From NCBI GenBank assembly GCA_963674705.1, contig OY771506.1, forward strand, positions 1,920,001 to 1,984,000: DNA of 64,000 nt, read 5' to 3'. The translations under genes were made by a program, and so were the position numbers. Every line of letters starts with the position of its first letter. Within the stretch, counting starts at the first letter, position 1. Below the pieces are notes generated by a model that was given only the letters and a program-made list of their open reading frames with translations, searched no databases and was not told the DNA's origin. Origin of the DNA: Phycisphaeraceae bacterium (GTDB lineage: Bacteria; Planctomycetota; Phycisphaerae; Phycisphaerales; Phycisphaeraceae). Shown piece after piece: positions 32,343 to 41,912 of this stretch.

Positions 32343-32656
32343 GAAGAGGTCTTCTGATAAAGGGTTAACGTGCAAAAAGTATGTTTATTGTATCCGTTTG
32401 CTTACAAAGTTTGATTTTAGCAACCACCACAAGATGCGGAACACACGAGCTACAATCACAAGATGAATTACGAATTGTAGGGTATTCGATGCACGACGTG
32501 TCACGCATTCGGACAAATATCGCGCTGCCGTAACCAGCGAATCACTGGTAATTTATACCGGCATTATCCGATTGCGCAATGTAACTATGGTTTGCAATGC
32601 TGCGAGGTATCACAACAGGATTCGTCATTTGAATCCAAACAAGAATTCGATATCTC

Positions 32657-32680
32657 AAAAATACATAGCCGCTTGCGGCT
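32657..32680 (-). terminator. Possible intrinsic terminator after the RT gene
   Basis: Minus-strand AGCCGCAAGCGGCT hairpin followed by ATGTATTTTT, ~30 nt past the RT stop. Confidence 0.4.
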
Positions 32681-32707
32681 TAGCGTGGTAAACCGCGTCG
32701 TGACTTG

Positions 32708-33988
32708 CTATTCACCCTTAAACCGCGCAATCAGTGGCGCTGCCTGGTCCGCGTTAAGCATCTTCAGGTATGCCAGCTTGCCTGCAAGGCGCTGCCGTTC
32801 TTTCGGATCAACGTTGTCACCTTGTTGCTTTTGACGATGGATCGCCGCCCGCAGCAATCGGCGGTCTTTGCGCGATAAGCCCATCTGCTCGTTCACCACG
32901 ACGCCCGTCACGCGCTGCCTTCGGCCGCGCCGTTGCACCTGCGTCTTGTCGCGGTTTACCGTGAAGCCTTCTTCCTTGACGATGTCGCCGACCACGCTCA
33001 GAAGCGCGCCGACGTCGGCCGAATTACAGGAAAATGTCAGGTCGTCCGCGTAGCGCGTGTAGGTGTAACCCATCTTGCGAGCAAGCCCCGCCAGCCGACG
33101 GTCAAGCCGAAGCAGGATCGCGTTGCACAAGCCCGGGCTCGTCGGCGCACCCTGAACGCAGACGCGCGGCCCGACCGGCACGTGATACACCTTGCCCTCC
33201 GCTTCAACGGGCTGACGCTCAGATTCGGTCATCAACACCGCGAGCGTCGTCGCGACCGGGTAGCTGTACCCATAGGCGATCAACAACCCGCGCACCCGCC
33301 CGAAGTGTATCGACGGGAAACAATCTTTCAGGTCGATCCGCACCACGACTTCTTTGCCTACGTGCGCCGCTGCATTGCTTGCGACACTACGCGAGGTGAT
33401 GAAGCCGTGTGCGTGTTCGCTGATCGGCAGCTTGCTGACGAGCAGTACGTTTAGCTTGCGCTGGATCGCTTTGAGCTTTTGCTTGGGCGCGTGGATGATG
33501 CGCGTGCCGCCGCTGTGTTTTCGTATCGCAAAGCAGATGTAGTGCGGCGAGGTCTCTCGCTCGCGGTGGATGCTGTAGTGTCTGAGTTGCCCGACCGTCA
33601 GTCCGAGCGCTTGGGCGACATCCTGCTCGCTTTGCCAGACGGGCAGGTTGTAGCGGTTGAGCTGTTCTTTGTCTGTTGCCAGGTCGCGGATGTTGCGGTT
33701 GTTCGTCCGCATCGTCGAACTGAACAGCCGGTCCGCCTCTTCGCGCTGCATCAGTTTCTTTTTCTTCGACGTGGACCAGATGTTGCCGGTGCGCTTCGGC
33801 TCTTTTTTCGGAAGCAGGCGAGGGTCGCGCACGGTCAAGCGGCGATGGTTCGGCTTGATCGGTTCGCGTTTGGTGCTGACCGTTTCGGCCGTCGCAGACG
33901 CATCGGTATGGTCCGTCGACCGGGAGACATCGCGTGTCACCCGGCGCGGTTGGCCGAACAATCCTCGGAGCCAATCGATTAATCCCAT
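32708..33988 (-). CDS. Retron-type reverse transcriptase (Mx162-like)
   Basis: Region X NAAAH, DLKDCFPSI, QGAPTSP, YTRYADDLTFS and region Y RQRVTG; ~110-aa N-terminal extension; no endonuclease or Cas1 domain. Confidence 0.93.
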   Translation of the reverse strand: MGLIDWLRGLFGQPRRVTRDVSRSTDHTDASATAETVSTKREPIKPNHRRLTVRDPRLLPKKEPKRTGNIWSTSKKKKLMQREEADRLFSSTMRTNNRNIRDLATDKEQLNRYNLPVWQSEQDVAQALGLTVGQLRHYSIHRERETSPHYICFAIRKHSGGTRIIHAPKQKLKAIQRKLNVLLVSKLPISEHAHGFITSRSVASNAAAHVGKEVVVRIDLKDCFPSIHFGRVRGLLIAYGYSYPVATTLAVLMTESERQPVEAEGKVYHVPVGPRVCVQGAPTSPGLCNAILLRLDRRLAGLARKMGYTYTRYADDLTFSCNSADVGALLSVVGDIVKEEGFTVNRDKTQVQRRGRRQRVTGVVVNEQMGLSRKDRRLLRAAIHRQKQQGDNVDPKERQRLAGKLAYLKMLNADQAAPLIARFKGE

Positions 33989-34007
33989 GACCGGCTCCGA
34001 TCAAAAC

Positions 34008-34193
34008 GAGGAAGACGCGAATGCCCGGGTTCTCTGGTGGACCACTCGCAAGGCTCTGGACTCGTGGCCTCCCGGCGTTGCGTACGCTGGGAACCGTGGC
34101 GGTGTGAAGCATACAAATCACCACCGCGGCGAAACACCGCGGCATCGTTGGCTGGTCGCAAGCCACCGAACCCGGGCATCACGCGTCCTCCTC
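34008..34193 (-). ncRNA. Putative retron msr-msd ncRNA
   Basis: Perfect 12-bp inverted repeat (34021-34032 with 34168-34179), extended by a further 12 bp (34008-34019 with 34182-34193). It encloses several hairpins and lies directly upstream of the RT start. Confidence 0.8.
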
Positions 34194-35783
34194 TTCGTTG
34201 GAAGTCTCATTATATTCGTCGCCGCTGTCAACCTCCCAGCGCGACGGCTGTTTACGCACCTGTTGTGTATCACTCTCCATCGCCGAGGTGCTGCTTGGCT
34301 GATCCTTACGCTGCGGCTCGCTTGCCTTGAAAAGCGCAAGCATGTGCTCGCAAGGTCCCTGGTTCATCAGGTTCTCATCGAAGAACGGGCAGCCGCATCG
34401 GCCGAAGATGATCCGACCCGAATCGTTGACCACCACCTCGACCGGTTTCACGCCGTCCACCTCGCCAAGCACGCGCCAATCACGATACACCACCTCGCGC
34501 GTGATCTTTCCCTCGGGCGTCTTCAGCTTACGCACCTTCTTCGTCTCTTCGACGTTGCACGAATCGATCTGCACGCGCTGTTCGTTCAGGAACTTCTCTG
34601 CTAACTCACGCCGACGGTCGGGCGGGAAGTACGTCGCTTCATCGGCAGGCTCTTCGAATAACTCACGATGCCGGTAACGCCGGTTCTCGACATCAAACAT
34701 GCACTGCCCACGCCGACACAGCCGCACCAACGTGCGCGACGCCGTCGGGTGATCGACGCCAAGCGATTCAGCCACCTCGCCGATCGATGCGTGATACTTT
34801 TCTCGCAATAAGCCAAGCACCGGCTCAAGTAGTCCATCATCCGCCTGCGCCGCTTCGGCCAGCGCATCGAACCCACCAGTTCCCGTAAACGCAGAGCCCG
34901 ACCAGCCCGTCATCCCCAGCAGGAACGTCATGCCCGGCAGCTTCACCGCGTAAAAACTCGGTAGCGCCCGGCCCTTCAGATAAATATCCACGCTCTCAGC
35001 AAACGGCAGCAAACCCTCGATCAGCTTCAGCCGCTGCCTGCCCCACACGCGCGTCGACTTCTGCTCCGTGTAGTTGTGTTCCGCGCCGATCAACGGCACG
35101 ACATGCTCCCAAGGCTCAAGCACCAGCCGCGCATCCTCGCCCGGCGGGAACTCATACCGCAGCGCACGCGGCGAAACCTTCGCCTTCGTGTATCGCATGA
35201 ATCGGATCGCAGATAACAAATCGATAGGCTTCACCGTCAGCCGTGTGCCCGGCATGCCCATCGCCGCCTGCACCTGCAAAAACCCGCGCACCCACGTCTC
35301 GGGCAGCTTCACCTTCTTCTCAAACCGCCCGCCCGCGCTCTGCGTCTCCACCGTTACACCCTCCGCGCCGATGCGGAACGTCGTCTCCCGGCTGCTTCGC
35401 ATCTCACCCAACGCGCCCCACAACCACGCGGTGAAGTCGATGTTCGTCGTCCCCGTCTGCACCTCGCCGACCGGCTCGAACACATCAGGGTCAACGATCA
35501 ACGCCGCATACGTCGATTGATCCTGGCTGAACGCTTCAAAGAAAATCCGATCCGGGTGCACCGTGATCACCGGGTCCAGCAAGTCGCTCTGCGCGATCCA
35601 CGTATCATCCGACCAGATCGCTTCGCCCAGCGCCCGCATCGCGACGCGGAAGATAAACCCGTGCTGCTTGATCTTGCCGTGGAAACGCACGGGCCGACGC
35701 GCGTTAGCCGCGATCCCAAGGTTCGCGCTGCTGCGGTCCGCTTCAAACACCGAAGGCGATGCGTAGTCGATCAGCACGATCAT
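34179..35783 (-). CDS. SWIM zinc-finger protein with an internal winged-HTH-like segment
   Basis: C-terminal CGC-x12-CEH (SWIM CxCxnCxH); IGEVAESLGVDHPTASRTLVRL HTH-like stretch. Confidence 0.8.
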   Translation of the reverse strand: MIVLIDYASPSVFEADRSSANLGIAANARRPVRFHGKIKQHGFIFRVAMRALGEAIWSDDTWIAQSDLLDPVITVHPDRIFFEAFSQDQSTYAALIVDPDVFEPVGEVQTGTTNIDFTAWLWGALGEMRSSRETTFRIGAEGVTVETQSAGGRFEKKVKLPETWVRGFLQVQAAMGMPGTRLTVKPIDLLSAIRFMRYTKAKVSPRALRYEFPPGEDARLVLEPWEHVVPLIGAEHNYTEQKSTRVWGRQRLKLIEGLLPFAESVDIYLKGRALPSFYAVKLPGMTFLLGMTGWSGSAFTGTGGFDALAEAAQADDGLLEPVLGLLREKYHASIGEVAESLGVDHPTASRTLVRLCRRGQCMFDVENRRYRHRELFEEPADEATYFPPDRRRELAEKFLNEQRVQIDSCNVEETKKVRKLKTPEGKITREVVYRDWRVLGEVDGVKPVEVVVNDSGRIIFGRCGCPFFDENLMNQGPCEHMLALFKASEPQRKDQPSSTSAMESDTQQVRKQPSRWEVDSGDEYNETSNEEEDA

Positions 35784-37690
35784 GCGACCACCTCCGCCGC
35801 TTCTTCAAGCCCGTACACGACAGGCCGCTCCGCCGCTAAGCGCAATCCCGGATATGCATGCAATACCCGACCGATCAGGCCGATCAATTGCTCCTTCGGA
35901 TACTTCTGGTCCGGCAAGCGCAACGCAAGCCGCGCCCGCTCCAGCACACGCTTCGCCGACGCCGCATCGTGCCTCGCCGCATTCGCCAGCGCATCGAACG
36001 CCGGCAGCCTCGTCTTACGATGGATCGGCCGGAGCAGCGTGCCCAGCAATATGTCCAACTGCTCCGCCGCCAGCGCACGCGCCTTTTCGTTATCCTGCTC
36101 CAGCACGCGATACGCCAGCATCTGCACGTGGATGTCCGACCCTTCGATCAGGTCACACACCGCGCCGGGCACTTCCAAGTAACTCTCAAACGACCGCACA
36201 AACATCAACCGCGCCAGCTTGTTCGTCTTCAACAACCGGTGATAGTCGTAAATCGAAAACGCCGGCACGCGCGTCAATACCTCCGATGCACGCTGCGCAA
36301 ACGCCGCCGGATCGCGATCGCGAATCGCCTGGTAATAATCGCCGAGCTTGTCCGCGGTCTCCATGAGTTTGTCTTGCTGCTTGTGCCCATAGATGTAGCT
36401 ATACGACGCCCGCGTCACATACCGGCTCGCCATCAGGTCGATCAGTTCTTCATCGTTTGCCTGCTGTGCCGCTTCAAGTAAAAGCGGATACCCACCCCAC
36501 CAGCTCGGCGTCACATGCGCTTTGTAAGGCCCGTGAATCAATCCGGGATACCGCTCATACATTTGGGCCGCGAGTTTGTCCTCCAGCCCGTGCACCCTCA
36601 CCATCCCGAACCCCGCCCAGTTCCACTCGCGCGACGCGCCCGCCAGCGCCCGCAACCGATCCAGCCGCTGTTCTTCTGCTAACCCATTATCAGCAAGCAG
36701 GTCCGACACCGCTTTGTTGAACGTGCTCGGATTACGATCCAACCGGATCGCCGTCGCCCACAGGTCCCACCACCCACGCTGCGCCGCCAGCTTGATCAAA
36801 GGCGTACCCCGGCTGCCGAACCACCCGCCGATCGCGCTGTTCAGGTTCGCTCGAACGTAAGGCATCACATCGCGCCCGCGCGCCTCAAGCAACTGCACCA
36901 TCCCCGATACCAGGTCCAGCCCGTAACCCGTCGGGTGAATCTGCTCAAGCGCTTCGTTCAGTTCTTCCGCATCACGCACCGACCCCGTCAGCCGCAGTGC
37001 ATCCTGCTGCCATTCCTTGACCGGCACCATCTTGCGGTAAAGCTCGTTCGCAAAATCCTTGTCCTGCGCATCACGCGCCGCCTGCTCCAGCTTCAGCCAG
37101 CGTTTGCGTTTTTCGCTACCCCAGAAACTCACCGGCAGATGCTTCAATATCATCGCGCTTGATGCGTGATCGATCCCGTACAGCTCTATCGCCGAATCTT
37201 CATCGAATTGAAACCACAGATCATTCTCATCCAGCACGATCGCCCGCGCCGCTGCCGTCGGCGCTTCGCGATACGCCTGGATCATGTCACGCTTCAGCAA
37301 CACGGTATTGATACGCCAGCCCGATGCCGGCGCATACCGCCACTGCATCAGCTTGCGGACCATCGTCGTGTCGCGGTGCTTTCGAGCGCTGGCAAGCCAC
37401 GCTTCCAACTCATCCGCGTAATCCGTCCAACGCACGCGCGCCCAGCGGAAGTTCGGCTCGATCATCCAGTCCGAAAAATGATTCAGAATCAAAGGCCGAA
37501 ACAACACACGGTTCCGCTCGTACAACATCGGCCCCCAGAACCACGTCAGCCCCGGGAACACATCCGATCGCGTCAGCCCCTCAATATGATCGCGCAGCCG
37601 CTGATCGTTCGGCTGCTGCTCGATCAATTCCTGCAGCGTCTTCTGTAACTGTTTGGCTTCCTGGCGTAACTTCGACACGTGATCCCCCAT
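35780..37690 (-). CDS. Uncharacterised helical (ARM/HEAT-like) protein, first gene of the RT operon
   Basis: 636-aa ORF rich in Ala/Leu/Trp/Arg; 4-bp overlap with the SWIM gene; GGAG upstream of the start; fold is inferred only. Confidence 0.6.
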   Translation of the reverse strand: MGDHVSKLRQEAKQLQKTLQELIEQQPNDQRLRDHIEGLTRSDVFPGLTWFWGPMLYERNRVLFRPLILNHFSDWMIEPNFRWARVRWTDYADELEAWLASARKHRDTTMVRKLMQWRYAPASGWRINTVLLKRDMIQAYREAPTAAARAIVLDENDLWFQFDEDSAIELYGIDHASSAMILKHLPVSFWGSEKRKRWLKLEQAARDAQDKDFANELYRKMVPVKEWQQDALRLTGSVRDAEELNEALEQIHPTGYGLDLVSGMVQLLEARGRDVMPYVRANLNSAIGGWFGSRGTPLIKLAAQRGWWDLWATAIRLDRNPSTFNKAVSDLLADNGLAEEQRLDRLRALAGASREWNWAGFGMVRVHGLEDKLAAQMYERYPGLIHGPYKAHVTPSWWGGYPLLLEAAQQANDEELIDLMASRYVTRASYSYIYGHKQQDKLMETADKLGDYYQAIRDRDPAAFAQRASEVLTRVPAFSIYDYHRLLKTNKLARLMFVRSFESYLEVPGAVCDLIEGSDIHVQMLAYRVLEQDNEKARALAAEQLDILLGTLLRPIHRKTRLPAFDALANAARHDAASAKRVLERARLALRLPDQKYPKEQLIGLIGRVLHAYPGLRLAAERPVVYGLEEAAEVVA

Positions 37691-37817
37691 AGGTTCTCCG
37701 GTAGTAAACCGTATCTGTTGGACAATGTCAATACATCGAATGTATGAATTCGATCAAATCTTTTGATAGCAGTGCTGCATCACAACGCAGGCCTGCTGGC
37801 GCTCACTGCGGTACAAT

Positions 37818-38831
37818 GTGGTCATGTCGCGTGTGCTGCTTGTCATTTTGTTATTTATGCTGCCTGGATTGATTATGAGCGAACCTGTTTCTGCGGAGTC
37901 TTCTACCAGCGAACCTATCAAGACCTCGAAACTTACGGACATCTACATGCGTGATGCGTGTGTGTTGCCTGTTGAGTCGACGCAGACTTACGTGTTGGTG
38001 GCATCGGCACGCGGTGCGGCGGTGCGTGCTTATACGAGCAAGGACCTTGTTGATTGGGAAGGGCCTCACATCATTTACCAGACGCCCGCCGAGATGTGGG
38101 GCGAGGAAGTTGAGATCCAAGGCATCTGGGCGCCGGAGCTGCATGCCTACAACGGCAAGTACTACCTTTTCCTCACATTCAACAGCACGAAGCTGCTAGG
38201 CGAACAATGGCGCGACTGGCTGCCGCGCGTTCGTCGTGCATCGCAGGTGCTGGTCGCGGATGATCCGCTTGGGCCTTTCAAACCGTTCAGCAATGAGCCG
38301 ACGCTGCCCGCCGACATGATGACGCTCGACGGCACGCTCTGGATCGAGGACGGCAAACCTTACATGGTCTACTGCCACGAGTGGGTGCAGATCTCCAACG
38401 GCACGGTCGAGATGATTGAGCTTAAAGACGACCTGTCCGAAGCCATCGGCGAGCCTACGCGCCTGTTCCGCGGCAGCGACGGCCCGTGGAACCGCATCTC
38501 CCCCGACTACGGCAACTTCGTCACCGACGGCCCATGGCTACACCGCAGCAAGTCCGGCAAGCTCTTCATGATGTGGTCCGGCTTCAGCCATTCCGGCTAC
38601 ACCGTCGGTTTAGCCGTCTCCGAATCAGGCAAACTCGCAGGCCCGTGGAAACAACAATCTGAGCCGATCTACAAAGACGACGGCGGTCACAGCATGCTCT
38701 TTGAAACCTTCGACGGCCGACTCGTGATGACGCTGCACACACCGAACGGCGGGAAACTCACACGCATCCGGTTGTTTGAGATGGAAGATATGGGAGAGAC
38801 GTTGAAGGTGGTGGGGGGATTTACAGAGTAA
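37818..38831 (+). CDS. GH43 glycoside hydrolase
   Basis: MRDAC, WAPELH, TLDGTL, DGPW and GGHSMLF five-blade propeller motifs; signal peptide. Confidence 0.9.
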   Translation: MVMSRVLLVILLFMLPGLIMSEPVSAESSTSEPIKTSKLTDIYMRDACVLPVESTQTYVLVASARGAAVRAYTSKDLVDWEGPHIIYQTPAEMWGEEVEIQGIWAPELHAYNGKYYLFLTFNSTKLLGEQWRDWLPRVRRASQVLVADDPLGPFKPFSNEPTLPADMMTLDGTLWIEDGKPYMVYCHEWVQISNGTVEMIELKDDLSEAIGEPTRLFRGSDGPWNRISPDYGNFVTDGPWLHRSKSGKLFMMWSGFSHSGYTVGLAVSESGKLAGPWKQQSEPIYKDDGGHSMLFETFDGRLVMTLHTPNGGKLTRIRLFEMEDMGETLKVVGGFTE

Positions 38832-38944
38832 CAAAGCATGTATTTTTGTTGCACACGTTACTGCTGCACGGTTAAAGTATGTTGTCCGGCAAGACCAACG
38901 TGATCCGTCATGAACCACCACCCCTTCGGTTGGAGGATTGAGTT

Positions 38945-40060
38945 GTGTACAGGCAATATCGATTCATCACTTCTGTTAAAGCGTCTCTGTTGCTTATTGT
39001 GATCACGACCCTGGTCGCCATAGGGATCGCCTCGCAGGTGTACGCTGATCAACAAGAGGGTGCTTTAAGTAACAAATATATTGAGGCAGAAGCCGCGTTC
39101 GAAGAGGTGATCACCTCGGTGTCCTATGACTACGGGAGACTCAATGAGCTCACTGAGAGTGGCCTTGGGAGAGGTAGTGTTTTCAGTGTGATATATCGGT
39201 ACTCGGCAAGTATCTATGCCAAGCGCGAGCCAGAGCATGCGGTTGATTACCTTATCTGGCGCATCACACAACCGAATGCAAGAGGTGCTGGTTTTTCCGA
39301 GTCAAAGTACATTGCTTCAATGTGTCTTGGTGGTCTGGCACGTAATGATCCTGAAGCGGTTCATGCAATCGACAAGTTGTTCCGCGAAGGGGGGGAACCG
39401 GCTGTTTACATACTGATGAGCACTATAGAAAACATGCCGATACGCGAGCGACAAGAACTCGTGGGGCAATGGGTAAAAGAGTGGTTAGCATCTGATGGTG
39501 ATGTCCACATGAACTGGAGCATGTCTCGGGTCCTTCACGAGCTGCGTATAGCCGGTAGCCCGGAGATGATTGAAGTGCTGGATGACATCTTAAAGGGCGA
39601 ATACGAAAACGTTATTCTATCTACAGATGTTGTCGACAGTATTCACAAAGTGATTGCTGCGATCCGGTCTCGAGAAGGGATGGATGATGAGACACTAGAA
39701 AAGGAAGCATACTTCGCAGAAGTTCTGAGTGAAGCGGGTACGAACGTCGTAGGGCATGTTACAGGGGGTACCGGGATAAGGGTCAGTGAGAAAATTGTAT
39801 ATCAGGCTACGGTGTCGTTGTTTGATGATTATTCACACCCTTTCGACAGGCGAATACCTGTGGATGTCCTTATATCCTACGTGGATGGATCTCGACCATA
39901 CGCTACGGATGATCAGGTTTATGCCGCCATCGCATTCCTGGGTTTTTCGAAAGATCCTAAAGCGATTCTTATCCTGAGAGAGCTAGCGAACAGCGAAGAT
40001 CCATATATATCAGGTCCTGCGAAGCTGGCTCTCATAGACGGTGGTTTTGAAAAGCCCTGA
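38945..40060 (+). CDS. Hypothetical exported protein with a C-terminal HEAT-like repeat
   Basis: N-terminal hydrophobic helix; AAIAFLGFSKDPKAILILRELANSEDP; AT-richer than its neighbours. Confidence 0.55.
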   Translation: MYRQYRFITSVKASLLLIVITTLVAIGIASQVYADQQEGALSNKYIEAEAAFEEVITSVSYDYGRLNELTESGLGRGSVFSVIYRYSASIYAKREPEHAVDYLIWRITQPNARGAGFSESKYIASMCLGGLARNDPEAVHAIDKLFREGGEPAVYILMSTIENMPIRERQELVGQWVKEWLASDGDVHMNWSMSRVLHELRIAGSPEMIEVLDDILKGEYENVILSTDVVDSIHKVIAAIRSREGMDDETLEKEAYFAEVLSEAGTNVVGHVTGGTGIRVSEKIVYQATVSLFDDYSHPFDRRIPVDVLISYVDGSRPYATDDQVYAAIAFLGFSKDPKAILILRELANSEDPYISGPAKLALIDGGFEKP

Positions 40061-40210
40061 ACTTGTTTGCTCCACCCACCCTACGTGCAGGATTTTATTT
40101 AATGCATGTGTAACAAATCCACCCGACCAGGATGGTCGGGCTATAAGTAAAAATAGCTTGAAGGGAGAGGGGGTTGTGTATGGCCGTGACCGATGGTCGC
40201 GGTTTAACAT

Positions 40211-40268
40211 ATTTAGCCCCACGTCGATGACCTGGGGGAGGCCCCGGGTCGTCGACCCGGGGCTAAAT
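40211..40268. repeat. 58-bp palindromic REP-like element
   Basis: ATTTAGCCCC..GTCGATGACC...GGTCGTCGAC..GGGGCTAAAT; shorter relative at 41913. Confidence 0.75.
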
Positions 40269-40332
40269 GGGTGAGGGGTGGGTTTTTTGGGGGGGTAGTT
40301 TAGAATGGTGCGGTTGTTTGTGTCTTATTTGA

Positions 40333-41898
40333 ATGCTCTTGATGCTGGGGATGATTGACATGGTTCGTAATTCGTCGCGGTATATCGTCTGGTTACTTTT
40401 GCTTCTTGTGCTGGTCGATGGGACGCATGCTTATGGGGATCGGTGGTCGGATCAGCGGCTTGCGATGCGGCGGGATCGGGTGCAGTTGCAGCAGCAGGCG
40501 GATGAAGACCGTGAGGCGCGGGCGGCGCATGCGCGGCAGCAGGTGCAAACGCTTATTGATAAGGTGAAAGCGGGGGAGGTGAAGGTTGCGAAGGATGAGC
40601 TTTGGCAGCTGGTGGCGGGGCTTTGTTATTTAAGCCCGGAGACGGTGGGGGATTTGCCGAAGCAGGTGCGCGCGTTGGAAGGGGCGGGCGATGAGACGGA
40701 CAAGGCCGGTGAACTTGCGCTGGCACAGACGAAGGAAGCGGTGACGGCGAGGCCCTGGGAGTTATTGCAGGCGGCGTCGAACATCGGGTACATCGGATTA
40801 GCGAGTGACTTCATGTGGGAGGTGTTGTACTTCGATCCGGATTACGAGCCGATCCGCCGGGCGCTTGGGCAGAAGAAAATCGATCCGGAATTGGTTGAAA
40901 ATCTTCAACTGACGGAGATCGCGGGGAAGCTGGTCGAGCAGGTGCCTGAGCTGCGTGAGCATCATCCCAACCGGTACTGGTTCAGCTCGTTTGATGCGGC
41001 GCGGATCAGGGAGGGGCTTTGGTGGGACGATCGTTACGGGTGGATGCTCGCGAAGTTCCCGGAGCGATATGAGAAGGGATATGTGTATGACCTTCAACGC
41101 AAGATGTGGACGACGCTGGATGAAGCCAACGCATTTCATTCCAAGCCCGGTAAGGACTGGCAGGTGCAGACGGAGCATCTGTTGATCCAGGGGACGGCAG
41201 ACTTGCAGACGCTGGTCACGGTGGCGGATCAATTGGAGGCGATGTACGACGAGATCTTCGTGACGTTCGCGCAGTTTTTCACGAATTCACGACGCCTGGA
41301 CGCGATGCGTTTTGCATTCGGATTGGCGGAGCATCAGCCCTTGAAGATCTGGGTGTATGCGACGCATGAAGAGTACGTGAAGCGCGCAAACGCGGTCGGC
41401 TGGAGCGGGGGCGTGTTCCGGCAATCGAACGGTACGGCTTACTTTTTTGGCAAACCCAGCCAGACGATGTATCACGAGTTTACGCACCAGGTGCTGCACG
41501 TCATGACGGGGAAGAACAATTCACCGACATGGCTGACGGAAGGCGTGGCGGTATATGCTCAGACTGTGCGGTTTGATATGCGTGGCGCGCAGTTCCCCGG
41601 GGCGCGGCCGAACGATCGGTGGTCGGTCGATCAGATGATGCTGTTGCGCAGCGGCAAAGACTGGTACCGTGCGGTGGAGAACGCGAAACGTGACGGGCTT
41701 GATTCGCCTTACGGCTCGTGCGGGTCTTTGGTGACGTTCGCGATGCAGTATCAGGATGGTTTGCTGCAGGCGGACTTTATCGATTTTTTACGCGATTCAT
41801 ACCGGCAGGGCACGGGCAAGTGGGCGATCTGGGATTACATGGGATTGAACGAGTCGCAATTCAAGTATGAATACGCGAAGTGGTTGGCGGGGCAATGA
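40333..41898 (+). CDS. Exported gluzincin-type (peptidase MA/DUF1570-like) protein
   Basis: Signal peptide; HEFTH followed by PTWLTEGVA. Confidence 0.7.
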   Translation: MLLMLGMIDMVRNSSRYIVWLLLLLVLVDGTHAYGDRWSDQRLAMRRDRVQLQQQADEDREARAAHARQQVQTLIDKVKAGEVKVAKDELWQLVAGLCYLSPETVGDLPKQVRALEGAGDETDKAGELALAQTKEAVTARPWELLQAASNIGYIGLASDFMWEVLYFDPDYEPIRRALGQKKIDPELVENLQLTEIAGKLVEQVPELREHHPNRYWFSSFDAARIREGLWWDDRYGWMLAKFPERYEKGYVYDLQRKMWTTLDEANAFHSKPGKDWQVQTEHLLIQGTADLQTLVTVADQLEAMYDEIFVTFAQFFTNSRRLDAMRFAFGLAEHQPLKIWVYATHEEYVKRANAVGWSGGVFRQSNGTAYFFGKPSQTMYHEFTHQVLHVMTGKNNSPTWLTEGVAVYAQTVRFDMRGAQFPGARPNDRWSVDQMMLLRSGKDWYRAVENAKRDGLDSPYGSCGSLVTFAMQYQDGLLQADFIDFLRDSYRQGTGKWAIWDYMGLNESQFKYEYAKWLAGQ

Positions 41899-41912
41899 GG
41901 GAACACAATTTT

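Noticed and set aside
32708..33988. RT as a group II intron, DGR or CRISPR-associated RT
   Set aside because: It has the retron X and Y motifs; I saw no maturase/endonuclease extension, TR/VR repeat pair, cas gene or array
33387..34604. ORFs crossing the ncRNA gap (33657-34604 +, 33387-34166 -, 33979-34182 -)
   Set aside because: They overlap real genes out of frame or antisense and have no motifs; expected in high-GC DNA
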